DNA from: Nitrospirota bacterium | GTDB taxonomy: Bacteria; Nitrospirota; JACRHJ01 | Direction: 5' to 3' | Assembly: GCA_963733375.1 (NCBI GenBank) | Contig: CAVTDB010000026.1 | Location: 128,001-192,000 of the forward strand | DNA length: 64,000 nucleotides | Shown: positions 52,569 through 61,886 of the stretch, piece by piece | How positions within the stretch are numbered: the stretch's first letter is position 1 | Layout: every line of letters begins with the position of its first letter | The notes under the pieces: generated by a model | Told to the model about the DNA's origin: nothing | The model's database searches: none | Seen by the model: the letters and a program-made list of their open reading frames with translations, nothing else | Position numbers and translations under genes: made by a program

Positions 52569-54246
52569 ATGGCGTTAGTTAAGAAGAAAAAGAAGGATTA
52601 CGGCGCAAAATCCGGCTCCGACTCAGACCTCTACCCTGAGGCCTAAGTACCAGCCGAAAACGCCGCCGTGCACGTTCAAATGCCCGTCGGGAGTTGACGT
52701 CAGGGGCTATGTGATGCACATCAGCCAGTCCGAGATGTACGGCAGGACGGTTGAGCAGTCGATTAACGAGGCATGGTACATGCTGACGGACAAGAACCCG
52801 CTCCCGGCGACGACGGGAAGGGTATGTCCGCACCCCTGCGAGAGCGAATGCAACAGGGGGGGCATAGAGGGCCCGCTCAACATCAACAACATTGAGCGGT
52901 TCATGGGAGATTTCGGAATAAAGAACGCCCTCCCGCTCAAGAAGATGACCGATGAAAAAAAGGCCGAGAACGTTGCGGTAGTCGGCTCCGGACCGGCAGG
53001 CCTTTCCTGCGCCTATCAGTTAGCCAGGCGCGGCTACGGTGTGACTATCTATGAATCCTTCGAAAAGGCAGGCGGAATGCTGCGCTACGGCATACCGGCC
53101 TACAGGCTGCCGGAGGATGTGCTGGATGCCGAGATCAAGAAAATCCTTGACCTGGGCGTACAGCTTAAGCTGAATACGAAGGTAGGCAAGGACGTCCCAT
53201 TCGATGAACTCCGGAAATCCAACAGCGTCGTATTCATGGGCATAGGCGCCCACGCTGGAAAGAAGCTCGGAGTCCCCGGAGAAGACGCGGCGAACGTGAT
53301 GACCGGCGCGGAGTTCCTCCACAAGGTCAATAGCGGCGAAAAGGTCGAGATAGGGGACAAGGTCATAGTAATCGGCGGCGGCAACAGCGCCATCGATGCA
53401 GCCAGGGTCGCAGTCAGGCTCGGCGCTGACGTTACTCTATCCTACCGCAGGACCCGCGCGGAGATGCCCGCCATCGAGCACGAGATCCATTCCGCGGAAG
53501 AGGAAGGGGTCAAGTTCGAGTACCTTACCGCCCCCGTCGAGGTGGTTGTAAAGGACGGCAAGGCTGCGGGCCTGAAGCTCCAGAGGATGGAGCTTGGCGA
53601 GCCGGACGCATCCGGCAGGCGCAGGCCTGTCCCGGTCGCGGGTTCCGAGTTCGTGGTGGACGCGACATTTGTCTGTCCGTCCATCAGCCAGGAGCCTGAG
53701 TTCGACGGCCTGGATACGCTGAAGAACGAGAAGGGCTGGATATCGGCGGACGCTGGCGGGAAGACCGCGGCCGAAGGCGTATTCGCGGCCGGCGACGTGA
53801 CCAACCAGCTCGGTCTGGTGACTGAGGCCATAGGCCTTGGCAGGAAAGCGGCGGAAGCCATCGACGACTTCATCCAGAAGAAGGAGAAGCCGGAAGTGGC
53901 CCCGCTGGCGGTAATCCGCTATCAGAACATGTACCGCGACTTCTTCCCGAAGAAGGAGAGGACTTCCACGAAGTTCCTCTCGGCGGCCGAGGTAAAGGGG
54001 AGCATGACGAAAGAGCCCATGCTGCCTCTCTCGGACGAAGAGTTCAAGGAAGAAGTATCCCGCTGCATGAGCTGCGGGCTCTGCTTCGACTGCGACAACT
54101 GCTGGATGTACTGCTCGGACGGCGCCGTGCAAAAGACGTCGAAGGACCTGCCGCGAGGCACGCATTACGAGTTCATCCTGGAGAAGTGCCAGGGTTGCAA
54201 GAAATGCGCTGAAGCCTGTCCCTGCGGCTACATAGACATGTTATAA
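52569..54246 (+). CDS. dsrL: NAD(P)H:acceptor oxidoreductase DsrL (YRR, DsrL-2 type); frameshift near 52620
   Basis: LRPKYQPKTPPC...CPSG, GRVCPHPCE..CNR, GSGPAG, GGGNSAID, SYRRT, RCMSCGLCFDCDNC, CQGCKKCAEACPCGYI. Confidence 0.9.
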
Positions 54247-54330
54247 AAATGTTCTGTTTCGTCTCCCGGGGGGCCGCCCGTCCAAGGGGGCCCTCCGGGT
54301 TGTTTTTTAAGGGCATATCAGGAGATCTGA

Positions 54331-54801
54331 ATGGAAGATATTACGCTGAGAGAGATCATCGACTACGCCAGGATAAACGAGGAAAACTCCAAGCGCTTCT
54401 ATTCCGAAGCCGCGGAAAAGTCCACAGTGGAGAACGTCCGGGCTTTCCTGACGCACCTGGCGAAGGAAGAGCAGAAGCACATCGACCATTTAAACGATCT
54501 GGATAAGACGGTCGATAAGGGCGGAGCGATACCGAAGCCGCATGAGGTGGCGAAGCCGCTGGGATATGCCGAGTTCGTCGGCAATGTAAGGCTGGACGAC
54601 ACGGCGAGCTATCAGGACGTGCTCAAGGCGGCTATGGCTAAGGAGAAAGAGGCGCTGGAGTCTTACAAGAAGTACGCCGCTCTGTCTGACGACCCGAAGG
54701 CGAAGGAGCTGTTCCTTTTCCTGGCGGCCGAAGAGAGCGTGCACTTGAGGGGCTTCGAGGAGAAGTATGATGATTTCATGAGAGAGATCGAAAACAACTA
54801 A
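54331..54801 (+). CDS. Rubrerythrin/ferritin-like diiron protein
   Basis: E..S..FY, LAKEEQKH, AMAKE, LAAEESVH. Confidence 0.8.
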   Translation: MEDITLREIIDYARINEENSKRFYSEAAEKSTVENVRAFLTHLAKEEQKHIDHLNDLDKTVDKGGAIPKPHEVAKPLGYAEFVGNVRLDDTASYQDVLKAAMAKEKEALESYKKYAALSDDPKAKELFLFLAAEESVHLRGFEEKYDDFMREIENN

Positions 54802-54812
54802 GGGTGGGCTGA

Positions 54813-55664
54813 ATGTACGAAATCTTAAAGAAGACAATTTGGTCTGCGCAGGAACCGAGGATAACGGAGTTCGTGCTGGATGCTCCGGAGATTGCGAGGG
54901 CGCACAAGGCAGGGCAGTTCGTCATCATCATCCCATGCGATACGGGCGAGAGAATTCCTCTTACGATTGCCGATAAGGACGCCGAGAAGGGCACCATAAG
55001 CATCCTGTTTCAGGAAGTTGGCGCCTCCACAATGCTCCTGGGCTCGTTTAAGGAAGGCGACAAGTTGATGCACGTGGCGGGGCCGCTTGGCAAGCCCACG
55101 CACGTGGAGAAATTCGGCACGGTTGTCTGCGTCGGAGGCGGCGTTGGCATTGCGCCGGTCCATCCGATAGCGAAGGCGATGAAAGATGCGGGCAATAAGG
55201 TCATATCCATCCTGGGAGCCAGGACGAAGGACCTTTTAATATATGAGGACCTGATGAGGAAGGCCTCGACCGAAGTGCGTATCACTACGGACGACGGCTC
55301 ATACGTGAAAAAAGGCTTCGTGACGGACGAATTGAAGCAGATGATAGAGGTCGAGAAAATCCCCATCGACCTGGTGGTGGTAATCGGTCCGCCGATCATG
55401 ATGAAGTTCGTCTGCAAGGTCACGGAGCCGCACAAGATAAAAACCTTCGCCAGCCTCAACACCATAATGGTGGACGGCACCGGGATGTGCGGCGCGTGCC
55501 GCGTGACCGTAGGCGGGAAGACAAAGTTCGTCTGCGTGGACGGGCCCGAGTTCGACGGCCACGAGGTGGATTACGACGAGATGATGGCGCGCCAGAGGCA
55601 GTACCTGCCGGAGGAGAAGCAGGCCGTCGATATCTGCAAGAAGAAACTCTGCCATTCGGCTTAG
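54813..55664 (+). CDS. nfnA: NfnA/SudB electron-transfer subunit
   Basis: GQFVII, GERIPLTI, GPLG, GGGVG, MVDGTGMCGACRV..CVDGPEF. Confidence 0.85.
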   Translation: MYEILKKTIWSAQEPRITEFVLDAPEIARAHKAGQFVIIIPCDTGERIPLTIADKDAEKGTISILFQEVGASTMLLGSFKEGDKLMHVAGPLGKPTHVEKFGTVVCVGGGVGIAPVHPIAKAMKDAGNKVISILGARTKDLLIYEDLMRKASTEVRITTDDGSYVKKGFVTDELKQMIEVEKIPIDLVVVIGPPIMMKFVCKVTEPHKIKTFASLNTIMVDGTGMCGACRVTVGGKTKFVCVDGPEFDGHEVDYDEMMARQRQYLPEEKQAVDICKKKLCHSA

Positions 55665-55683
55665 GAATAAAGGAAGGGTAACG

Positions 55684-57132
55684 ATGACCGAAGAGAAAAA
55701 GGAAGGTAAGGGCAAGCCTAAGGTCCCAAGGCAGGGCATGCCGGAGCAGGACCCGCACGTAAGGGCGAAAAATTTTGAAGAGGTTACGCTTGGTTATACC
55801 GAGGAGCAGGCGCTCCTGGAGTCCTCCCGGTGTCTTCAGTGCAAGAAGCCTTTCTGCACCACGGGCTGTCCGGTAGGCATCGACATCAAGTCTTTTATCG
55901 GCCTTATCCAGAGCAAAGAGTATCTGGCGGCGCTGGGAAAGATTAAGGAGTCGAGTCTTCTTCCGGCGGTCTGCGGCCGGGTCTGCCCGCAGGAGATCCA
56001 GTGCGAGAAACTCTGCGTCCTGGGCAAGAAGGGCGATTCCGTCGCCATAGGCCGGCTGGAGAGGTTCGTGGCGGATTTCCAGGCGAAGCACGGCGGGGGC
56101 GAACTCCCGAAAGCCGCGGCGCCATCCGGCAAGAAGATAGCCATAGTCGGCGCGGGCCCCTCCGGACTGACCGCCGCTTTCGACCTCACGATCATGGGCC
56201 ACAAGGTAACGGTTTTCGAGGCGCTGCATAAGGCCGGCGGCGTGCTGGTATATGGCATACCCGAGTTCAGACTCCCGAAGGCGATAGTGGACCGCGAAGT
56301 GAAGGTCTTAGAGCAGATGGGCGTGGAGATAAAGCTGAATTATGTCATAGGCAAGATAAAGACGATCGACCAGCTCATGGAAGAGGGTTTCGACGCCGTA
56401 TATATCTGCAACGGCGCGGGCCTGCCGTGGTTCATGGGCATCCCCGGCGAAAACCTGAACGGCGTCTATTCCGCAAACGAGTTCCTGACCCGCTCAAACC
56501 TGATGAAGGCCTTCCGGTTCCCGGAGTACGAGACGCCGATAAAGAGGTTCAAGAATGTCGCGGTGGTCGGCGGCGGAAACGTGGCAATGGACTCGGTGCG
56601 CACGGCGCTTCGCCTCGGCGCGGACAACGCATATATCGTATACAGGCGCTCGAAGGACGAGCTCCCGGCCAGGAAGGAAGAAGTCGAGCACGCTGGGCAC
56701 GAGGGTGTAAAGTTTCAGCTTTTGACCGCGCCGGTGAAAGTCCTGGGGAACGAGCAGGGCTGGGTACGGGGCCTTGAGTGTATAGAGATGGAGCTTGGCG
56801 AGCCGGACGAGTCCGGAAGGCGCAGACCCGTCGCAAAACCCAATTCGGAGTTTGTGCTTGAGGTGGACGCGGTAATCGTTTCCATCGGGACGAGCTCAAA
56901 CCCGCTCCTGTTCCAGACCACTCCGGGCCTGGGCCAGACGAAGAAGGGATATATCGAGGTGGAGAACGAGCAGACCTGCCGGACGACCAAAAAGGGCGTA
57001 TTCGCGGGCGGGGACATCGTTACCGGCTCGGCTACGGTCATCCTGGCGATGGGCGCGGGCCGGAGCGCCGCCAAGAGCATAGACCAGTACTTGAACACCG
57101 GCGAATGGTGGAGCAAGGAAGCTAAAGCGTAG
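55684..57132 (+). CDS. nfnB: NfnB/SudA (GltD-like) bifurcating transhydrogenase large subunit
   Basis: RCLQCKKP.C..GCPV, CGRVCPQE.QCE..C, YGIPEFRLP, VYRR, GDIVTGSATVILAMGAG. Confidence 0.85.
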   Translation: MTEEKKEGKGKPKVPRQGMPEQDPHVRAKNFEEVTLGYTEEQALLESSRCLQCKKPFCTTGCPVGIDIKSFIGLIQSKEYLAALGKIKESSLLPAVCGRVCPQEIQCEKLCVLGKKGDSVAIGRLERFVADFQAKHGGGELPKAAAPSGKKIAIVGAGPSGLTAAFDLTIMGHKVTVFEALHKAGGVLVYGIPEFRLPKAIVDREVKVLEQMGVEIKLNYVIGKIKTIDQLMEEGFDAVYICNGAGLPWFMGIPGENLNGVYSANEFLTRSNLMKAFRFPEYETPIKRFKNVAVVGGGNVAMDSVRTALRLGADNAYIVYRRSKDELPARKEEVEHAGHEGVKFQLLTAPVKVLGNEQGWVRGLECIEMELGEPDESGRRRPVAKPNSEFVLEVDAVIVSIGTSSNPLLFQTTPGLGQTKKGYIEVENEQTCRTTKKGVFAGGDIVTGSATVILAMGAGRSAAKSIDQYLNTGEWWSKEAKA

Positions 57133-57138
57133 CGTGGG

Positions 57139-57167
57139 AGGCCGCACGGTTCAAGTGCGGCCTTTTT
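57139..57167 (+). terminator. Rho-independent terminator
   Basis: AGGCCGCAC-GGTTCAA-GTGCGGCCT-TTTT. Confidence 0.8.
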
Positions 57168-57207
57168 ATTAAAATTTCCGGTAAATCCGGGAGAAGGGGG
57201 TTATAAT

Positions 57208-57441
57208 ATGGACATCAAGGCTGATCAGGTATTAGATTGCTCGGGAATGGTATGCCCGGAGCCGATACTGAAGACCAACATGGCCGTAAAGAAGATGGAG
57301 TCCGGGAAAATCCTGGAGATGATAGGCACGGACCTCGGCACCGTCAACGACATGGTCGCCTGGGCGAAGAGGACGGGCAACGAGCTTCTCGGCACGGAAG
57401 ACATTGACGGCAAGCAGCATTATTTCGTCAAGAAAAAATAG
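57208..57441 (+). CDS. tusA: Sulfurtransferase TusA family
   Basis: LDCSGMVCPEP motif. Confidence 0.85.
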   Translation: MDIKADQVLDCSGMVCPEPILKTNMAVKKMESGKILEMIGTDLGTVNDMVAWAKRTGNELLGTEDIDGKQHYFVKKK

Positions 57442-57596
57442 TTTTGGGCAGCACGGGGCCCCGGAAGGCCGGGGCCTCCAGATCCCGGCAAGGCGGCAGG
57501 CCAAGAGGGCGGATAAGGTTTTAGACAAGAGAGGGGCAAAAGGGGCGAAGAGTTACAGGCGAAGCGGGCAACGAGGTTACAGGCAAAGGGGGGTAC

Positions 57597-58040
57597 ATGA
57601 AGATTAAAGATATTCTTGATACCAGCAGGGGCCTCATTACGGCAAACGTGGACCAGAAAGTCTCGGAGGCTCTTAAGACCCTCATTGTCAACAAGATTAG
57701 CTGCCTGCCCGTTATTGACAGCAATGGTGACCTGAAGGGCATTATATCGGAGAGAGACCTGCTCCGCGAAATCAATGAAAACCCTAACGGCTTCTCCGTC
57801 CGCAAGGTCAGCGAAGTAATGTCCCACAACATCCTGATCGGCCTGATCGAGGATGACCTCGACTATGTCATGAACATCATGAGCCAGAACAACATCCGCC
57901 ATATGCCCGTAATGTCCGGGCAGAACCTGACCGGCATCATCTCCATAAGAGACGTAGTCAAAGGGCTGATGCACAAGGTGACGGCGGAGAACCGGTATCT
58001 TAAAGACTATATCGAAGGCAAGTACGAAGGCTATCAATAA
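57597..58040 (+). CDS. CBS-domain protein
   Basis: ISCLPV, GIISERD, IRHMPV, GIISIRD. Confidence 0.85.
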   Translation: MKIKDILDTSRGLITANVDQKVSEALKTLIVNKISCLPVIDSNGDLKGIISERDLLREINENPNGFSVRKVSEVMSHNILIGLIEDDLDYVMNIMSQNNIRHMPVMSGQNLTGIISIRDVVKGLMHKVTAENRYLKDYIEGKYEGYQ

Positions 58041-58057
58041 CCGGAGGACTGAAACTG

Positions 58058-58408
58058 ATGCCATCGCTAAAATATGAAGGCGGTACCGTAGAGCTGGACA
58101 AAAATGGCTACCTGACTAACATTAACGCCTGGAACGAGGCCGTAGCGGAAGCTATCGCGAAGCGGGAAGGCATTAAAAAGCTGACCGAAGACCGCCTGGA
58201 AGTAATCAGGTTCCTCAGAAGTTATTACATGAAATTCAACTCTTTCCCGCTGCTCGATATGGTATGCACCAACGTGCACCAGCCAAAAAACTGCACGTCG
58301 AAGCCGTTCAAGATGGACCCGCTGAAGGCATGGAAGGTGGCGGGGCTGCCATATCCGGGTGAAGAAGTCCTGGTATATCTCCAGGGGCCGCTTCATCCCG
58401 AAGAATAG
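58058..58408 (+). CDS. DsrC/TusE-family protein lacking the C-terminal cysteines (RspA-like)
   Basis: LDKNGYL....WNE.VA; PLKAWKVAGLPYP. Confidence 0.8.
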   Translation: MPSLKYEGGTVELDKNGYLTNINAWNEAVAEAIAKREGIKKLTEDRLEVIRFLRSYYMKFNSFPLLDMVCTNVHQPKNCTSKPFKMDPLKAWKVAGLPYPGEEVLVYLQGPLHPEE

Positions 58409-58415
58409 GATTTAA

Positions 58416-59219
58416 ATGAAAGAAGCTGCAAAAATCGGAACTGTTTACCTTATAGGCGCGGGTCCGGGAGACCCGGAGCTTATAACCCTTAAAGGCGCGG
58501 CCATCCTTAAAAAGGCGCAGGTGGTGGTTTATGACGCGCTGGTGCAGGAGTCGCTCCTTTCGCTTGCGCCGCAGGACGCGCGGCTCATATACATGGGCAA
58601 GCGCGCGGGGAGGACGTGTCCTTCGCAGGAAGAGATAAACCGGACGCTCATCGAGCAGGCGCTCGCGGGTAAGATGGTCGTGAGGCTGAAAGGCGGCGAC
58701 CCATTCGTCTTCGGGCGCGGCGGCGAAGAAGTCATGGCGTTAGGCGAGGCGGGCGTGCCCTGCGAGGTGGTGCCGGGAGTGACTTCGGGTGTCGCGGTAC
58801 CAGGTTCCCTGGGTATTCCCGTAACGCACAGGGGCGTCTCCGGAAGCGTCGCGTTTGTCACCGGACATCCGGGAAGCGGCCTTGATGACCCGGTAGACTG
58901 GGAGGGTCTCGCGACTGCGGTAGGCACGATAGTAATTTATATGGGGCTTACACGTCTGCCGGAGATAGCGGAGCGCCTGATTTCGGCGGGCCGCCCGGCC
59001 AGTACGCCCGCGATCGTCATCAGCCACGGGACCTCGCACGAGCAGCGGCAGATAGTCGCTCCGCTCAACGAGCTTTTCGCGGCGGCATGCTCGGCTGGGC
59101 TCGATACGCCGGCGCTTATCGTCATTGGGGACGTGGTAGAACTCCGGAAGGAATTCAAGACGCTCCTGTCCGCATACCTTCCGGCGGAAGTTAAGCCGCA
59201 GAAGGAAAGCGCGAAATAA
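58416..59219 (+). CDS. cobA: Uroporphyrinogen-III C-methyltransferase
   Basis: VYLIGAGPGDPELITLKG, RLKGGDPFVFGRGGEE, VPGVTS, PVTHR. Confidence 0.92.
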   Translation: MKEAAKIGTVYLIGAGPGDPELITLKGAAILKKAQVVVYDALVQESLLSLAPQDARLIYMGKRAGRTCPSQEEINRTLIEQALAGKMVVRLKGGDPFVFGRGGEEVMALGEAGVPCEVVPGVTSGVAVPGSLGIPVTHRGVSGSVAFVTGHPGSGLDDPVDWEGLATAVGTIVIYMGLTRLPEIAERLISAGRPASTPAIVISHGTSHEQRQIVAPLNELFAAACSAGLDTPALIVIGDVVELRKEFKTLLSAYLPAEVKPQKESAK

Positions 59220-59267
59220 ATTCCGCCCCCGTAATGCCCGCCTGAAAATAATAAGGAGCCTTTCAAT

Positions 59268-59747
59268 ATGGGAAACGATCCGGAGCTTCAACTCGAAAAT
59301 TATAAAGAGAAAGTGAAAAGTTCCATGAAGGGTTTCCTCTTCTGGGAGAGGGATCTGCTCTTCAAGGGTATGACCCAGTCTGGCTATGAGATAGAGTTCG
59401 ATGCGGAAGTCCAGTGGGGCTGCATGCCAACTGAGTCCCTGATGCTCTCGCTCGCCGGGTGCATGGGGATAGACGTCCTGAGCTTCCTTAAAAAGATGAA
59501 GTGCAAAATCGCGAAGTTCAAGGTGGATATCGACGCCGAGAGAAACGCCACCCCGCCACAGTATTTCAAGGTCATAACGATGCAGATACACGTGAGCGGA
59601 AGCGGCATTACCGAACGGCATTTAGAGCGGGCCGTATCGCTGTCGCAGGATAAATACTGTTCCGTCTATCACTCCCTCAGGAAAGACTTGAAGGTGAAGG
59701 TCGGCTGGACGATAACGGACGTGGAAGTCCCGCACGAGGTTAAATGA
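59268..59747 (+). CDS. OsmC family protein
   Basis: P.E.LMLSLAGCMGIDV, S.DKYCSV. Confidence 0.85.
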   Translation: MGNDPELQLENYKEKVKSSMKGFLFWERDLLFKGMTQSGYEIEFDAEVQWGCMPTESLMLSLAGCMGIDVLSFLKKMKCKIAKFKVDIDAERNATPPQYFKVITMQIHVSGSGITERHLERAVSLSQDKYCSVYHSLRKDLKVKVGWTITDVEVPHEVK

Positions 59748-60319
59748 AGTACTCCGGGATGAACCATCTCGCGTTCGCTACCGGCGATATGGACATGACG
59801 GTACGCTACTGGCGCGACCTTCTGGGGATGAGGCTTGTCGCGGGACATGGAGACGAAAAGCACAGGCAATATTTTTTCCAGGTTTCACCTACGGAGTTCG
59901 TGGCGTTCTTTGAATGGCCGGAGGTGCGGCGCGTGCCATACAAGCGGCACGGCGAGCCGGTAAAAGGTCCGTTCGTTTTCGACCACTTCTCTATCGGTGT
60001 GGCTTCGGACGAGGATTTATGGAGCATCGCGGACAAGCTGATTTCGGCTGATTTCCCCTGTTCCAACCTGGTGGACCACGGCTTCATCCATTCCATATAT
60101 ACCTTTGATCCAAACGGGATTCCGCTTGAGTTCTCCGCGTTCGTTCCCGGAGTGGACCTGATAAACCACCCGGTGCTGGCGGATTCAGGCAGGGGGAAAG
60201 CGGGTCTTCAGGGGACGGAGCCGGTTAGTTTCTGGCCAGCGGCCGATTCGCCTTTTTCCGAGGAAGAAAAGATATTAGTGCCCGGAGAGGGCAGCGAGGT
60301 CTTCGGCCTTAAAAAATAA
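59744..60319 (+). CDS. VOC (glyoxalase) family protein
   Basis: GMNHLAF, FDHFSI, SIYTFDPNGIPLE. Confidence 0.85.
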   Translation: MKYSGMNHLAFATGDMDMTVRYWRDLLGMRLVAGHGDEKHRQYFFQVSPTEFVAFFEWPEVRRVPYKRHGEPVKGPFVFDHFSIGVASDEDLWSIADKLISADFPCSNLVDHGFIHSIYTFDPNGIPLEFSAFVPGVDLINHPVLADSGRGKAGLQGTEPVSFWPAADSPFSEEEKILVPGEGSEVFGLKK

Positions 60320-61155
60320 TCCCTGCGTAACCCACCGCCATTTTGAACTCTCTTTCCGGCCGTACGTCATAGCTCGTCACATGTTCCAATAATATCCCTT
60401 CCCGCGCGCCCATCGATTTCGCGGCGGATACCGTCGCGGCTATCGCACCGGCCCCGCATGCGTTCAAGTTCGCATCGGCCTCGGGGATTATCTCGTCAGC
60501 CCGCATATCGAGCACGGTCCTGATAATCTTCAGGTCGTTTCCCAGCATCCATCTTTTTGCGTCTTCTCCATAACCGGCGGGGGTAAAGCCGTAGTCGTCG
60601 CCGTAATGCGTGAGGTCGGAGGAGCCTATGACCACTGCGTCCATCCCCGCAATTATTTTCCCTATCCTGCCGCCAAGCTCTACCGCGCCATCCATCGGCG
60701 GGACCGCGACCGGCAATATCTCCGCATCCGGAAACAGGTACTTTATCATCGGAACCTGGACCTCTATCGAGTGTTCGTATGCATGAGCGCGCGGGTCTGA
60801 AACTATTAAATCCCGCATCTCGTCCAGCAGTTTTTCGGCCAGATCATGGTTTACCCGCACTTCGCCTATCGGAGTTTGCCAGGCGCCGTTCGGATAAAGA
60901 GCGAAAGACCGGACGCCGGGGACGTGTACCGCCCCGAACAGTACGAAGACTTTTGGAGACTGCCTTTGTTTAATGGAAAGATATACCTTGGACGCGGTTC
61001 CGCCTGAGTAGTACCACCCGGCATGGGGGACAATCCCGCCCGCAATCCTGTCCGGTAGTCCCGGAGAAGGTTTGAACATCCTTTTCAAATTCCCCCATCT
61101 GCGCGCGGACGTCGCCGGAATAAAAAGGCGCTGCAACCGGAACTCTGACAGGCAT
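60309..61155 (-). CDS. AmmeMemoRadiSam system protein B (MEMO1 family); frameshift near 61100
   Basis: MPVRVPVAA.FY start; PHAGWYYSG, EHSIEVQ.P, SSDLTHYG, ACG, VGYA. Confidence 0.85.
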
Positions 61156-61207
61156 AAAAATTTACCTCCGAATGTTAAGGTATTATACCGTACGCCGGTT
61201 ATAAAAT

Positions 61208-61234
61208 AAAAAGGCGGCCTCCGAAGAGGCCGCC
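61208..61234 (-). terminator. Terminator of the hydrogenase operon
   Basis: GGCGGCCTC-TTCG-GAGGCCGCC-TTTTT on the minus strand. Confidence 0.8.
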
Positions 61235-61250
61235 AGATGTTACCTTTCTA

Positions 61251-61874
61251 TTACTCCATCTCCCGATAACAATACCCGTCCACCATGGACATTAGCGACC
61301 TGTCTTTGTCAACCGCAGTCTGCCTGATCGCGAAATAGAGGTGGATGAGCGACAGGACGATAAGCGCCCACATCCCGAAGAAATGCACGAGGCGCGTATA
61401 GACCAGTCCGCCCAGCAGGCCGTTCACCCAGGCGAACTGGCCGTGCAGCCAGCCGCCCGAAAGCGCGAAGCCGGTGCATGCCATCACTATGACACATAAG
61501 CCCATGCAGGTATATGCCAGAGCCTGGAGCGGGTTGTACCTGTGGTAATGCCTATGCGTGTCCTTCATGAACAGGTAATAAGCTGCAATATCCGGGATGT
61601 GTTTTACGTTCCTCCAGAGCGGCAGTATCTCACGCCAATCAGCCCCCTCATAGGAATTGAACATGAGGTACACTCTGAAGATAAACGCGAACACCAGCAC
61701 GTATGCGCCTATTAAATGAAACCACTTGTTCCACGCCATCGACTCGCCCGTCCCGGGATAGAAGGCGGAGTGAATATAGAAGCCGGTAAAAACCAGCGTC
61801 AGTATCGCGGCCAGATGGAGCCAGTGCTGGATCCTGAAGGCCGCCGACCAATGATAAAACCGCTGCTTCGCCAT
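61251..61874 (-). CDS. Ni/Fe-hydrogenase b-type cytochrome subunit
   Basis: RIQHW, TGFYI, FH..GAY, YNPLQ, RLVHF....IHLY. Confidence 0.88.
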   Translation of the reverse strand: MAKQRFYHWSAAFRIQHWLHLAAILTLVFTGFYIHSAFYPGTGESMAWNKWFHLIGAYVLVFAFIFRVYLMFNSYEGADWREILPLWRNVKHIPDIAAYYLFMKDTHRHYHRYNPLQALAYTCMGLCVIVMACTGFALSGGWLHGQFAWVNGLLGGLVYTRLVHFFGMWALIVLSLIHLYFAIRQTAVDKDRSLMSMVDGYCYREME

Positions 61875-61886
61875 GTACGCCTCCCT

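Noticed and set aside
55684-57132. Glutamate synthase (gltD) assignment
   Set aside because: Paired with an NfnA/SudB-type gene and no gltB nearby, so NfnAB is the better fit
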